Shown here piece by piece: positions 37,372 to 46,636 of a DNA stretch of 64,000 nucleotides. Numbering within the stretch: the first letter of the stretch is position 1; every line of letters begins with the position of its first letter. Under the pieces are notes generated by a model. It did not search any database and was not told the DNA's origin. It saw nothing but the letters and a program-made list of their open reading frames with translations. Origin of the DNA: Clostridia bacterium (lineage in GTDB: Bacteria > Bacillota > Clostridia > Oscillospirales > CAG-272). The translations under genes were made by a program, and so were the position numbers. The stretch lies in contig JAGASS010000027.1 in NCBI GenBank assembly GCA_017621655.1, positions 1,719-65,718 on the forward strand. Direction: 5' to 3'.

Positions 37372-38325
37372 TTATTTTACGAGCAGTTCAAAGAGCATAA
37401 AAATCAATGGAATCGTTCCGCAGCTCATAATATGAGATATGAGCGCCATTGATGAACCGACCGACGTATCGAGATCGTACGCCTTCGGCACGACTATCGT
37501 ATTAAGTCCGAGAGGCATTGCGACCGAGCAGATAATGCAGAGCGATATTCCCTTAGGTATCGGCAAAAACATCAGCGGTACCATGAATATCATCGGAATT
37601 ACTATCAGGCGTATTACCGAAACGATATAGACTGAGAACTTTGAAAACGCCTTTCCGAGTCCCATTTCGGCAACCGTCATACCGGTAAGAAGCATCGCAA
37701 CGGGCGACATACAGCTTCCGAGGGTATTTACCGAGTCAACAATGAATTTCGGCATGTGATTTACCGCTCCGCTGATGCCGAGTATCATACCGATGAGCAT
37801 CGCAATAAACATCGGATTTATCAGCTTGCGAAGGCGCGAAAGCATACCGGTCTTTTCGCCGCCGTGCGGCATTAAAAGAGACGGTACGCCCCATACGTAT
37901 ATCAATATCCAAAGCGGGATCGTAAGGATCAGATAGTACGGAAAGACCTCGGGGAAAAGAGCATTGACAACTGCGTTGCCCATAAAGCCGAAGTTCGAAA
38001 ACGTCAGACCGTACGTATATAAATTTCTTTCATATCTGTCCTTGACTATGATCCGAGAAAAGATAATAGCAAGAACCATTGACACCGCGGTAACTACCGC
38101 TCCGCCGACAAGATACTGCCAGGACGCCGAGAGCTTTTCGAACGTAAATTCGGTCATCAGCGTTCCCATAACGAGCGCAGGGATCAGCGCGTTATTTTCG
38201 AGCTTGCTGAGGACTGACGGCGTATTGTCGGGGATCGCCTTTATCTTTTTCAGAATATAGCCGAGAGCTATAAGCAGAAAGAGAAATGCCATCTGACCAA
38301 GAGTTGTGGTAAAGACCTTCATCAT
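37372..38325 (-). CDS. AEC (auxin efflux carrier) family transporter, paralog 1
   Basis: About 10 TM helices, with ...LSKLENNALIPALV... Confidence 0.8.
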   Translation of the reverse strand: MMKVFTTTLGQMAFLFLLIALGYILKKIKAIPDNTPSVLSKLENNALIPALVMGTLMTEFTFEKLSASWQYLVGGAVVTAVSMVLAIIFSRIIVKDRYERNLYTYGLTFSNFGFMGNAVVNALFPEVFPYYLILTIPLWILIYVWGVPSLLMPHGGEKTGMLSRLRKLINPMFIAMLIGMILGISGAVNHMPKFIVDSVNTLGSCMSPVAMLLTGMTVAEMGLGKAFSKFSVYIVSVIRLIVIPMIFMVPLMFLPIPKGISLCIICSVAMPLGLNTIVVPKAYDLDTSVGSSMALISHIMSCGTIPLIFMLFELLVK

Positions 38326-38337
38326 TTTACCTTTCGG

Positions 38338-39285
38338 TTATTTTACTAAGATGTTGAAAAGCATGAATATGAACGGTATCGTAAGGCAGGCAAGAACGTG
38401 CGAAATAAGAACCATTCCCGATGCAACCGTACTGTCCTTTCCGTATGCCTTAGGAACAACGATCGAATTCATACCGAGAGGCATAGCGACAGCGCAAACC
38501 ATAAGCATTGCAACGTCCGTAGGAACCTTCAAAAGCATAAGAGCAATAATAAATGCTATCGGCATGACAATAAGTCTGATAACCGTCAAAATATACACGG
38601 GAACCGTTCCGAGTGCCTTCTTAATATCGATCTCCGCGATCGTCATTCCCGTTATCAGCATAGCGACAGGCGACATACAGCCGCCGAGAGCCGATGCTGA
38701 CTCCGCAAAGAACTTCGGCAGGGGGATCTTGGCAAAGCAAATTATTATTCCCGCAAGCATGCATATAAACTGCGGAGAAAGAAGCGATTTCAGGCGTGAC
38801 GCCATGCTCGGCTTTTCCTCGTTTGAGGGGATAAGAAGTGCGGGGAAGCCCCAAGAATACATTGCTACCGAGATCGGCGTTGTAAGTATCAGATAGCTTG
38901 CTAAAGCTTCCTTACCGTATACACCCTCAACTATCGCATTACCCATAAATCCGAAGTTTGCAAAGCATAATCCGTAGGCATATATTTTTCTTATGTAATC
39001 GTCCTTGCTGAAAAAGCGTGAAGCTATCAGTCCGACAGGTATCGCGATCGCAATGACCGCAATTCCGCCCACAAGAAACTGCCAAGAGGAGGCAAGCTCA
39101 TCAAGGGTAACGCCGGTCGCAAACGTGGAAAATGCAAGCGCGGGAATAAACGCATTGTTCTCAAGCTTGCCGAGTACGGTTGCAGTATTATCAGGCAACA
39201 CCTTGATCTTTTTCAAAACATAACCGAGGACTATAAAGCAAAACAAATAGCCCATTTTGCTTAGTGTAGGAATAAAAACGTTCAC
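38338..39285 (-). CDS. AEC family transporter, paralog 2 (tandem duplicate)
   Basis: Collinear similarity to 37372-38325 (VLGKLENNAFIPALA, GCMSPVAMLITGMTIAE). Confidence 0.8.
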   Translation of the reverse strand: MNVFIPTLSKMGYLFCFIVLGYVLKKIKVLPDNTATVLGKLENNAFIPALAFSTFATGVTLDELASSWQFLVGGIAVIAIAIPVGLIASRFFSKDDYIRKIYAYGLCFANFGFMGNAIVEGVYGKEALASYLILTTPISVAMYSWGFPALLIPSNEEKPSMASRLKSLLSPQFICMLAGIIICFAKIPLPKFFAESASALGGCMSPVAMLITGMTIAEIDIKKALGTVPVYILTVIRLIVMPIAFIIALMLLKVPTDVAMLMVCAVAMPLGMNSIVVPKAYGKDSTVASGMVLISHVLACLTIPFIFMLFNILVK

Positions 39286-39300
39286 TGGAAAAACACCTTC

Positions 39301-39741
39301 TTACTTGATACCGGTAGAGCCGAATCCGCCCTCACCGCGTTCCGTTTCGTCGAGCTCGTCAACCACCTCGTAATCCGCCTGAATTACGGGCATTATCATA
39401 AGCTGACCGATTCTTTCACCGTTTTCGACGGTCTTTGGTTCGCTGTCGTTATTGACCATAGCGAAGAAGATCTCTCCGCGATAATCGCTGTCAATAACGC
39501 CGATACCGTTAGCAAGCGCAAGTCCCTGCTTAAGAGCAAGACCGCTTCTCGCGCATACTATAGCGACGTAATCCTTGCTCGGAAGCGCGATCGCGATTCC
39601 CGTCGGTATCGGACGGCGCTCGCCTGGCTGAAGAACTATCGGCTCGGGTAGAAGTGCGTAAAGGTCACAAGCGGCGGCACCCGCTGTTCCGAGCGTCGGA
39701 ACGTGTGCGCCCTCGCGAAGAATTTTAACCTTGATATTCAT
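39301..39741 (-). CDS. dut: dUTP diphosphatase
   Basis: GAAACDLYA, RSGLALK, GVIDSDYRGEI and RGEGGFGSTG. Confidence 0.92.
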   Translation of the reverse strand: MNIKVKILREGAHVPTLGTAGAAACDLYALLPEPIVLQPGERRPIPTGIAIALPSKDYVAIVCARSGLALKQGLALANGIGVIDSDYRGEIFFAMVNNDSEPKTVENGERIGQLMIMPVIQADYEVVDELDETERGEGGFGSTGIK

Positions 39742-39751
39742 ATATTTTCCC

Positions 39752-41467
39752 TCACTTTATGCGTTTGATCGCCTCGCGCTCCTTAGGCGGAAGCTTATGC
39801 GTATATGCGTAGAGCGTTCTCATTACCTCGCCTCTGTCCTCGCCTGTGAAAATGAGGTGTCTTTCCTCAATTCCCGATGCGTCAAGGCGGTCAAGCTGGT
39901 CTGCCATATAGATATTCACGCTGTTATAAAGAACGTCTCTTCCCTCCTCGGGATAAATCGGGAACGATGCGCCCCTGTTATCGCGAAGGACCTTTTTCTC
40001 AACGGGCTTATGAAGCGTCATAAGCGGAAGCCGTCCGTAGACGATCGCGCCCTTCTTTACTCCCTCGGGAAGAACTATATCTCTTATCTGCGGAAGAATA
40101 AGCTCTGCCGAGAGAATTATACTGCTCAGGTTGCCGTTACTCTGCCAGAAGTCGGCGGAATAATTATTAAAGACGTTAAGTCGGTGGCTTCCGTGTGCAG
40201 TCAGACCAAATTCACGGACAAGCTCAAGCTGACCGATATTATGGACAAGCACGTGCTTTGCCCCTTGGTTTACGGCTCTTTCAAGCAGGCGCTTGACGTT
40301 ATCAAGCTCGCTGTCAAGAATTACGGGCGGAAGCGACACGCCGTTTGCCACGCTTCTGTATTTTGAAAGCGGCAGATAGGTTATATCGAGATCATGCTTT
40401 TCGGGTATCTGTCCCGCTTCTCTGAAGGATGCGGTAAAGACCGCCTTTTCGGTCCTTCTCTTCTGCGGAAAATCAAGCTTCGACGGAATTACGGGAGCGT
40501 TCTTTACGCTCTCCTCAACCGGCTTTATCGAGCCGCCCTTGAAGCTTCCCTCGTTACGGGTTTTCGCAATATCGTTTTCGGTACGGATACCGAGCATATT
40601 TTTGTCAATATTTCCCGTATAGTAGCCATCGGTAAAGCCGCTTCGCGAGAAGAGACGCTGAAGCTCGTTTATCTCGTCGCGGGTTGCGTTTCTACCCTCA
40701 TCAAGCAGCCGACGGTATATCTTGGTTACACCGTAAACGTACGACGGGCTTTTCATTCTTCCCTCGATCTTGAAGGAACGAACGCCCGCTTCGCAAAGCT
40801 CCGTTATATGGTTCGCCAGGCACATATCCTTCATCGAGAGGGGATATTCCCTGTTATAGCTCATACGGCAGGGCTGTGCGCACTGTCCGCGGTTTCCGCT
40901 TCTGCCTCCGAGCATCGCGCTCATCAGGCACTGTCCCGAAACGCTCACGCATATCGCGCCGTGAATGAACATCTCGATCTCCGCGCGTGACTGACAGAGC
41001 GTTCTGATATTATCTATATCCATTTCCCTTGCACCCACGACGCGGTTAAAACCAAGATCGTATAGCTTCTCTGCGCCTGCAAGGTTATGAACGGTCGCCT
41101 GCGTCGACGCGTGAAGCTCGAGATTGGGAATGTGCTTTTTGATAAGAGACGAAAGCCCCATATCCGCCGTTATCAGCGCGTCAACTCCGCTTTCATAAAG
41201 AAACGCCGCGTGATCGAGCGCGCTTTTCAGCTCGCGGTCATATATCTGAGTATTGAGGGTGACGTACGCCTTAACGCCGTTTTCGTGGCAGTATCCGACT
41301 GCCGAACGAATGTCTGCGCGGGCGAAATTCTTTGCGTTCATTCTCGCATTGAATACCGTTCCGCCGAAATATACAGCGTCAGCTCCGCCCTCGACCGCCG
41401 CGGTCAGGGCGTCAAGCGAGCCGCAGGGAGAAAGAAGCTCGGGGGTTGGCTTTTTTGTTTTTTCCAT
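39752..41467 (-). CDS. Peptidase U32 family protein
   Basis: PELLSPCGSLDALTAAVEGGADAVYFGG..., ...EMFIHGAICVSVSGQCLMS...RSGNRGQCAQPCR is the U32 signature. Confidence 0.85.
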   Translation of the reverse strand: MEKTKKPTPELLSPCGSLDALTAAVEGGADAVYFGGTVFNARMNAKNFARADIRSAVGYCHENGVKAYVTLNTQIYDRELKSALDHAAFLYESGVDALITADMGLSSLIKKHIPNLELHASTQATVHNLAGAEKLYDLGFNRVVGAREMDIDNIRTLCQSRAEIEMFIHGAICVSVSGQCLMSAMLGGRSGNRGQCAQPCRMSYNREYPLSMKDMCLANHITELCEAGVRSFKIEGRMKSPSYVYGVTKIYRRLLDEGRNATRDEINELQRLFSRSGFTDGYYTGNIDKNMLGIRTENDIAKTRNEGSFKGGSIKPVEESVKNAPVIPSKLDFPQKRRTEKAVFTASFREAGQIPEKHDLDITYLPLSKYRSVANGVSLPPVILDSELDNVKRLLERAVNQGAKHVLVHNIGQLELVREFGLTAHGSHRLNVFNNYSADFWQSNGNLSSIILSAELILPQIRDIVLPEGVKKGAIVYGRLPLMTLHKPVEKKVLRDNRGASFPIYPEEGRDVLYNSVNIYMADQLDRLDASGIEERHLIFTGEDRGEVMRTLYAYTHKLPPKEREAIKRIK

Positions 41468-41472
41468 TTCAA

Positions 41473-41577
41473 AAAATCCTTTATATGAAACTCTAAAAAT
41501 CTATATTTATAATTATATAATATTATTATACTACTTATCTTTCAATAATGGAATAGTAAAATAGAACAAAAAACCGA
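41473..41577. repeat. About 105-bp direct repeat, copy 1 (duplicate of the ygjV-like/nth divergent promoter and nth 5' end)
   Basis: AAAATCCTTTATATGAAACTCT...TTATATAATATTATTATACTACTTATCTTTCAATAATGGAATAGTAAAATAGAACAAAAAACCG aligns to 42553-42657 at roughly 85 percent identity by eye. The nth ATG is ATA in this copy. Confidence 0.8.
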
Positions 41578-41734
41578 AAAAGACACTGAAAATATTAAAT
41601 GAATGGCAAAAAAACGCTCACTTATGCGGTTTTCTTCTCACATAGACAAAAGGAGCGCAGGAATATCGACGGGTGCTAAAGGACAGTAAAAAAGCCGATA
41701 TGGATTTGATTCCGTATCGGCTCTTTTTTATAGC

Positions 41735-41995
41735 GCTATCACTTTCGGTGGTGAATAAGTGCGCTCTTCCTGATAGTTTTTAGCGATATGATTGTTGCTT
41801 CGCAACAACGTGATATTTTTGCCACCGCAAAAGTGATATTGCTCTGTAAACAGAGCAGTTATATTCTATTCGCCTCCAAAACTCGCGTAGCGAATACCAC
41901 TCGGCTGGAGCCGAATATCACTGCGAAACAATAGAACTCGCCGTAGGCGAATAGAGTTGGCGTTGTGTCCTTAGGAACACAACGCCATATCCTGC
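41735..41995. repeat. Hairpin-dense noncoding block
   Basis: Hairpins TTGTTGC-TTC-GCAACAA (41793-41809), TGCTCTG-TAAA-CAGAGCA (41840-41857) and GGCGTTGTGT...ACACAACGCC (41959-41986). There is also a direct repeat AACTCGC(C)GTAG(G)CGAATA at about 41880 and 41935. Confidence 0.6.
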
Positions 41996-42003
41996 GCTCT
42001 TTT

Positions 42004-42534
42004 TTATGCTTTTTGTTTCTTTTTTGGCTTTTCTCTGTAGCGGAAGAGACTGATGCCCGTGGATATAAGCGAGCACGAATCGCTTATAATACCTCCTATA
42101 GAGAAGACGATGATATTATAGATAAGCGTCATTGGAACAACGATCATAATGCCCTTGCGGATACTGTTCGGGTTTGAAAGGGAGAGAATATAGCATCTCA
42201 CAACGCTGTTCATGAGCTGAAGCACCGAGTACCACGCCTCCCAGGTGATGATACCTGCAACACAAGCGATAACGGCAAAGGTCACGGTACAGATCGTGCT
42301 CTTCTTTTTACTCATATTCGAGTTGTAAAAAACGACATTTCTGACGGTAGCCACTATGTTGAGCGCCATTCCAACGTACGCACCTATCATAGCATAGTGC
42401 AGAGCAAAGCAAACTGTCGAAGCTATGTTTGCGATCATAATGCCGCGTCTTGACTTGATCTGATAGGTTACGATGCCTATGATGATAGCAACGATTCCGA
42501 CCGCCTGACCTATTATATAAAGTGCCTTTTCCAT
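42004..42534 (-). CDS. YgjV-like inner membrane protein
   Basis: 176 aa with 5-6 TM helices. ...YQIKSRRGIMIANIASTVCFALHYAMIGAYVGMALNIVATVRN... resembles the YgjV family pattern. Confidence 0.6.
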   Translation of the reverse strand: MEKALYIIGQAVGIVAIIIGIVTYQIKSRRGIMIANIASTVCFALHYAMIGAYVGMALNIVATVRNVVFYNSNMSKKKSTICTVTFAVIACVAGIITWEAWYSVLQLMNSVVRCYILSLSNPNSIRKGIMIVVPMTLIYNIIVFSIGGIISDSCSLISTGISLFRYREKPKKKQKA

Positions 42535-42552
42535 ATAAATACTCCCGGAACG

Positions 42553-42657
42553 AAAATCCTTTATATAAAACTCTTGAAAAAAGTGTGCTTTTATTATATA
42601 ATGTCATTATACTACTTATCTTCCGATAATGGAATAGCAAATATGAAACAAAAAACG
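42553..42657. repeat. About 105-bp direct repeat, copy 2 (functional nth upstream region)
   Basis: See 41473-41577. This copy contains the ATG of nth (42643). Confidence 0.8.
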
Positions 42658-43335
42658 TTGAACAACGATGAAAAAACCGTAAAATTAACAAAAAAACAGC
42701 GTGCAAGCGAAGCGGTTCGGATCTTAACCGAGATATACCCCGACGCCGAGTGCGCCCTCAATTATAAGGGCGATCCTTGGAAGCTTCTCGTTATGGCGCG
42801 GCTTTCGGCACAGTGCACCGACGCAAGAGTCAATCTAGTCTGTGAAACGCTTTTTGAGCAGCTCCCTACGATGGAAGCGATGGCGAATGCCGACATTTCG
42901 CTGATCGAAGAGCTGGTTCATTCCTGCGGTCTGTACCGAATGAAAGCAAAAGACTTAAAGGAAATGTCGCGTCAGCTTATCGAGGACTTCGGCGGACAGG
43001 TGCCGAGCGATATGGATGCTCTTCTTTCCCTTTCGGGTGTCGGACGGAAGATCGCAAATCTCATTCGCGGCGATCTTTATCAGCTGCCCGCGATCGTTGC
43101 CGATACGCATTGCATACGAATCTGCGGACGGCTCGGCTTTTATCCCGAATCCTTAAAGGACCCCGTCAAGGTCGAAAGAGAATTAGTGAAAATCATCGAG
43201 CCGAGCGAGCAGTCGAACTTTTGCCACAGGATCGTCCTTTTCGGGCGCGAGACCTGTTCGGCAAGAAGCCCGAAATGCGAAATTTGTCCGCTTAATACGA
43301 TATGTAAAAAATACGCAAAGGAACATAAAATATGA
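42643..43335 (+). CDS. nth: Endonuclease III (HhH-GPD DNA glycosylase with 4Fe-4S cluster)
   Basis: LVMARLSAQCTD, LLSLSGVGRKIANL, DTH and CSARSPKCEICPLNTIC. ATG 42643 is preferred over the track start at 42574. Confidence 0.9.
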   Translation: MKQKTLNNDEKTVKLTKKQRASEAVRILTEIYPDAECALNYKGDPWKLLVMARLSAQCTDARVNLVCETLFEQLPTMEAMANADISLIEELVHSCGLYRMKAKDLKEMSRQLIEDFGGQVPSDMDALLSLSGVGRKIANLIRGDLYQLPAIVADTHCIRICGRLGFYPESLKDPVKVERELVKIIEPSEQSNFCHRIVLFGRETCSARSPKCEICPLNTICKKYAKEHKI

Positions 43336-44516
43336 AAGAAGTACTGCTCCTAAAATACGGTGAGCTTGCCCTCAAGGGGCTTAACCGAGGATATTTTGAA
43401 AAGCTGCTCAAAAGAGAGCTTGATACTCGCCTGAAGCTTGCAGGCAATTTTAAGGTAACTCTTGCTCAGAGCACGATATACGTCGAGCCGACGGACGATG
43501 ACGCCGACATAGACGAGGCGCTCCGCCTCTGCCGTAAGGTGTTCGGCATTACGACCGTTGCACGCGCGGCGGTTGCCGAAAAGGATATTGAAGACATCAA
43601 GCGCGTCGCAAAGGAATATCTCCCTACGTACCTGCACGGTCACGCGTCTTTCAAGGCGGACGCACGCCGTTCCGATAAAAAATTCCCACTCAAATCCCCC
43701 GAGATCTCGCGTCTTGTCGGCGGTGCGGTGCTTGAAGCGATGCCTTACCTCAAGGTCGATCTTCACAATCCGTCCGTTATCGTAATGACCGAGATACGCG
43801 AGGAAAACGCATACATTCACGCAGGAAGCTTCCCGGGTGCCGGCGGAATGCCTAACGGCTCAAACGGAAAGGGTCTGTTACTCCTATCGGGCGGAATTGA
43901 CTCCCCCGTTGCCGGATTTATGATGGCGAAGCGTGGCGTTACACTCGAAGCCGTACACTTTGAAAGCTACCCCTACACCTCCGAGCAGGCACGCGACAAG
44001 GTCATTCGTCTTGCCGAGATCGTCTCCGAATACTGCGGAAAGATAAAGGTTCACGTTATCTCCCTTACACATCTTCAGGAGGTCCTGCGCGACTCAGTCG
44101 ACGAGGAATACTTTACCCTGCTTCTCCGCCGTTCAATGATGCGTTTGGCGGAGCGAGTGGCTGAAAGCAACTACTGTCAGGCGCTCATTACGGGCGAGGC
44201 AGTCGGTCAGGTCGCGTCGCAGACGATGCAGGCGCTGACTGTCACCGACGCAGTTGTAAACCGTCCCGTTTTCCGTCCCTGCATCGGCATGGACAAAGAG
44301 GAGATCATCGCGATCTCGCGCCGAATCGAGACCTTTGAGACCTCGATCCTTCCCTTTGAGGACTGCTGTACGGTATTTACGCCCAAGCACCCCAAGACCC
44401 GTCCCGACATTGAAAAAGTAATTCTGCAGGAGCAGAAATACGACCACATCACACTTGAAAATGAAGCGTTCGACTCACTCTACACAGTCGAAGCAGACGC
44501 ATACGCGGAGGTATAA
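43332..44516 (+). CDS. thiI: tRNA 4-thiouridine synthase / sulfur carrier ThiI
   Basis: LLKYGELALKG...F, a THUMP region, then the LLLSGGIDSPVAGFMMAKRG PP-loop. Confidence 0.9.
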   Translation: MKEVLLLKYGELALKGLNRGYFEKLLKRELDTRLKLAGNFKVTLAQSTIYVEPTDDDADIDEALRLCRKVFGITTVARAAVAEKDIEDIKRVAKEYLPTYLHGHASFKADARRSDKKFPLKSPEISRLVGGAVLEAMPYLKVDLHNPSVIVMTEIREENAYIHAGSFPGAGGMPNGSNGKGLLLLSGGIDSPVAGFMMAKRGVTLEAVHFESYPYTSEQARDKVIRLAEIVSEYCGKIKVHVISLTHLQEVLRDSVDEEYFTLLLRRSMMRLAERVAESNYCQALITGEAVGQVASQTMQALTVTDAVVNRPVFRPCIGMDKEEIIAISRRIETFETSILPFEDCCTVFTPKHPKTRPDIEKVILQEQKYDHITLENEAFDSLYTVEADAYAEV

Positions 44517-44518
44517 TT

Positions 44519-45385
44519 ATGGATATTACGTTCTACTCTTATTTTAACAATATGCTGACAAGCGAGGGCATTGAAAAGACACTTTCCTACGCTGTTGAGC
44601 GCGGATTTACCGCAGTCGAATTTCTCGACGTTCCGACCGTAAAGAGGATTCCGAACAAGGAATACGCATACGAGCTGAAGAACGCTCTCGACCGCTACGG
44701 TCTATCCTGTGCCTGCTACTCGGTCGGCGGAAACATTCTTGCTGAAGAAGGCGGAATGTACGGCGAGAAAAACGGCGTCGACACCTTCAAGCAGTCGGCA
44801 GAGTACGCCGCAATTCTCGGCTCGCCCTATTTCCATCATACGATGACTATCGGATACAATAATAGCAAGGAAAATCCCGACACCTTCGATACCCTTTTCG
44901 ACCGTCTTGTTAAAGCCGACGAGGAGGTCGGTAAGTATGCAAATTCCCTCGGTCTTACCGTTCTTTACGAGCCGCAGGGACCGTTTGTAAACGGCATTGA
45001 GAATTTCGGACGTCTCTACAAGGAAATGGAGAGCCGCGGTCTTAAAATAGGCGTTTGCGGCGACGTCGGAAACACGCTCTTCTCGGAAACTCATCCGACC
45101 GATTTCTATAACGTATACATTTCCAAGGTCCTTCACGTTCACGTTAAGGATTACATAATCCGCGAGGGCGACGAGATCTCCGAAAAACCGCTTTGGATGT
45201 CGAACGGCGGCAAAGAGCTCGTCGAGGTCAAGCTCGGCGACGGTGTTTGCGAGGTAGCCGATTATCTGCACAAGCTGAAAGCGATCGGCTACGACGGCGG
45301 TATTTCTATAGAAACCGTCTACGACGGCTACGGTGCGAGCGACTCCGAGCGCGATATTGCTTTCGTCAAAAAGTATTTTGCATAA
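44519..45385 (+). CDS. Sugar phosphate isomerase/epimerase (xylose-isomerase-like TIM barrel)
   Basis: 288 aa with the ...VLYEPQG..., HVHVKDY and ISIE pattern typical of the AP_endonuc_2 fold. Confidence 0.7.
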   Translation: MDITFYSYFNNMLTSEGIEKTLSYAVERGFTAVEFLDVPTVKRIPNKEYAYELKNALDRYGLSCACYSVGGNILAEEGGMYGEKNGVDTFKQSAEYAAILGSPYFHHTMTIGYNNSKENPDTFDTLFDRLVKADEEVGKYANSLGLTVLYEPQGPFVNGIENFGRLYKEMESRGLKIGVCGDVGNTLFSETHPTDFYNVYISKVLHVHVKDYIIREGDEISEKPLWMSNGGKELVEVKLGDGVCEVADYLHKLKAIGYDGGISIETVYDGYGASDSERDIAFVKKYFA

Positions 45386-45390
45386 AGGTA

Positions 45391-45419
45391 AAAAAGAACG
45401 CCCATCGGCGTTCTTTTTT
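45391..45419 (+). terminator. Intrinsic terminator (hairpin family copy 4)
   Basis: AAAAAGAACGCCCATCGGCGTTCTTTTTT. Confidence 0.75.
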
Positions 45420-45456
45420 CGTTCGGTACTGTTGATTTTTTAAAATTTGTCGCAAC

Positions 45457-45540
45457 GTTGTTGTAGGGTGCGACGTCCACGACGCACCGTTTGGGAAGAA
45501 TGTAACATTGTTTTTTCGCGCGCGAACACAGTTCTCCCAT
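45457..45540. repeat. Intergenic repeat family A copy (inverted relative to 26909)
   Basis: GTTGTTGTAGGGTGCGACGTCCACGACGCACCGTTTGGGAAGAATGTAACATTGTTTTTTCGCGCGCGAAC is the reverse complement of the 26975-27033 module. Confidence 0.7.
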
Positions 45541-45623
45541 ACCGAGGGGCTTTCAAATATTTTCGAATGTTCCTAACTTAATCCGAACAATACAAATAAG
45601 GGAGGGTTTCCCCTCCCTTATTT

Positions 45624-46478
45624 TTACTGTACTGTTCCCGTTACCACGAGGACTGCTTCGCCGGGGGTGATAACGTATGCGCCTGTTAAAGGATCGACTT
45701 CAAATGTCGCGGCAGGAACCGTTATTCTGCCCGGGACGGTTGTAAACTCGCCCGTCGTTTCGTTATAGGTGTAATCCGTGCCCTCGGTCAAGGTCGCGCC
45801 GTTAAGCGTAACAGAGGTAATATCAAGGATCGGATCGAATACGTCGCTCACCGTAAGATCGTCGGTGGCTGCCGCTTCCTCGTTACCGCTATTTGTTACC
45901 GTGATAGTATAGGTCAGAGGCGCGTTCGGAGTTACCGTCGAGGGAGAGATCTCCTTCGTTATTCCGAGAAGTGCGCCGCCTTCCGCAGTTACGGTCTCGG
46001 TGACGGTAATAGGTGTAGTAATACCTGCGCCCGTTACGGTTGCGGTATTAACTACAGTACCGTCAGCTGTCGGCGGTGCGAATTCCGTTGCCGATGCGGT
46101 ATAAACGAGCACCGCGTCTCCGTTTGCGGGAACCGTGATTCCCGTAACGGTAAGCGGCTGTGTGTCGGTCACTGTTACTGCCGTCGGTACGCCGTTCACA
46201 AACAGCTCAGCCGAGCCGTCGCGGTAAACAAGCGGAAATACCGTCTGAGTACCGACTGCATATGCGCCGAGGTCATCGGTAACCGTAAGCACCGACGAGG
46301 GCGCGTCGGAATCGTTTATCAAGCTGATAACATACGTTATACTCTCGCCATCGCGGTAGGTCTCGGTCGTCGCGGTCTTTATCGCGCTGATCGCCTCAAC
46401 AAGCTCGCCCGATACGATATTCGAGCTTGCAGATCCGCCCGAGTAGGTCAGAGTTGCCTGGTTAAAAAAGGTTGCCAT
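45624..46478 (-). CDS. DUF11 / conserved-repeat-domain (beta-sandwich) protein without a recognisable signal peptide
   Basis: MATFFNQATLTYSGG... with two T/V-rich repeats (ITYVISLINDSD..., LTYTITVTNSGNE...). ATG 46478 lies behind an AGGAGGAAC RBS. Its terminator is AATAAGGGAGGGGAAACCCTCCCTTATT (minus-strand reading) at about 45595-45622. Confidence 0.7.
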   Translation of the reverse strand: MATFFNQATLTYSGGSASSNIVSGELVEAISAIKTATTETYRDGESITYVISLINDSDAPSSVLTVTDDLGAYAVGTQTVFPLVYRDGSAELFVNGVPTAVTVTDTQPLTVTGITVPANGDAVLVYTASATEFAPPTADGTVVNTATVTGAGITTPITVTETVTAEGGALLGITKEISPSTVTPNAPLTYTITVTNSGNEEAAATDDLTVSDVFDPILDITSVTLNGATLTEGTDYTYNETTGEFTTVPGRITVPAATFEVDPLTGAYVITPGEAVLVVTGTVQ

Positions 46479-46576
46479 TTTGTTCCTCCTGTGTTTTTCT
46501 GAGGAGCATTTCTCCTCAAAAGCATTATATGATAGGTGTTGGCGAAGTGACAAAACGTATTTTTTTCTGCACGCTA

Positions 46577-46605
46577 TTGAATTTGACGAAAAACCGTGAT
46601 ATAAT
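46577..46605 (+). promoter_or_regulatory. Candidate sigma-A promoter for the metF operon
   Basis: TTGAAT (46577-46582), a 17-nt spacer, then an extended -10 TGATATAAT (TATAAT at 46600-46605). Confidence 0.5.
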
Positions 46606-46636
46606 AACTTTAATATGCTAAAATGGGGTAATATTT

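Noticed and set aside
37372-39285. Tandem AEC transporter paralogs as something unusual.
   Set aside because: This is an ordinary tandem gene duplication of a common transporter family, with no additional signal.
41599-41679. A 26-aa ORF (MNGKKTLTYAVFFSHRQKERRNIDGC) just after copy 1 of the 105-bp repeat.
   Set aside because: It has no RBS. It sits in what looks like degraded duplicate sequence, and there is no support beyond being open.
46555-46636. An S-box/SAM or T-box riboswitch upstream of metF and of cysK (50412-50712).
   Set aside because: The metF leader is only about 30 nt after a plausible promoter. The cysK upstream region is occupied by family A repeats and lacks the conserved S-box or T-box sequence blocks.
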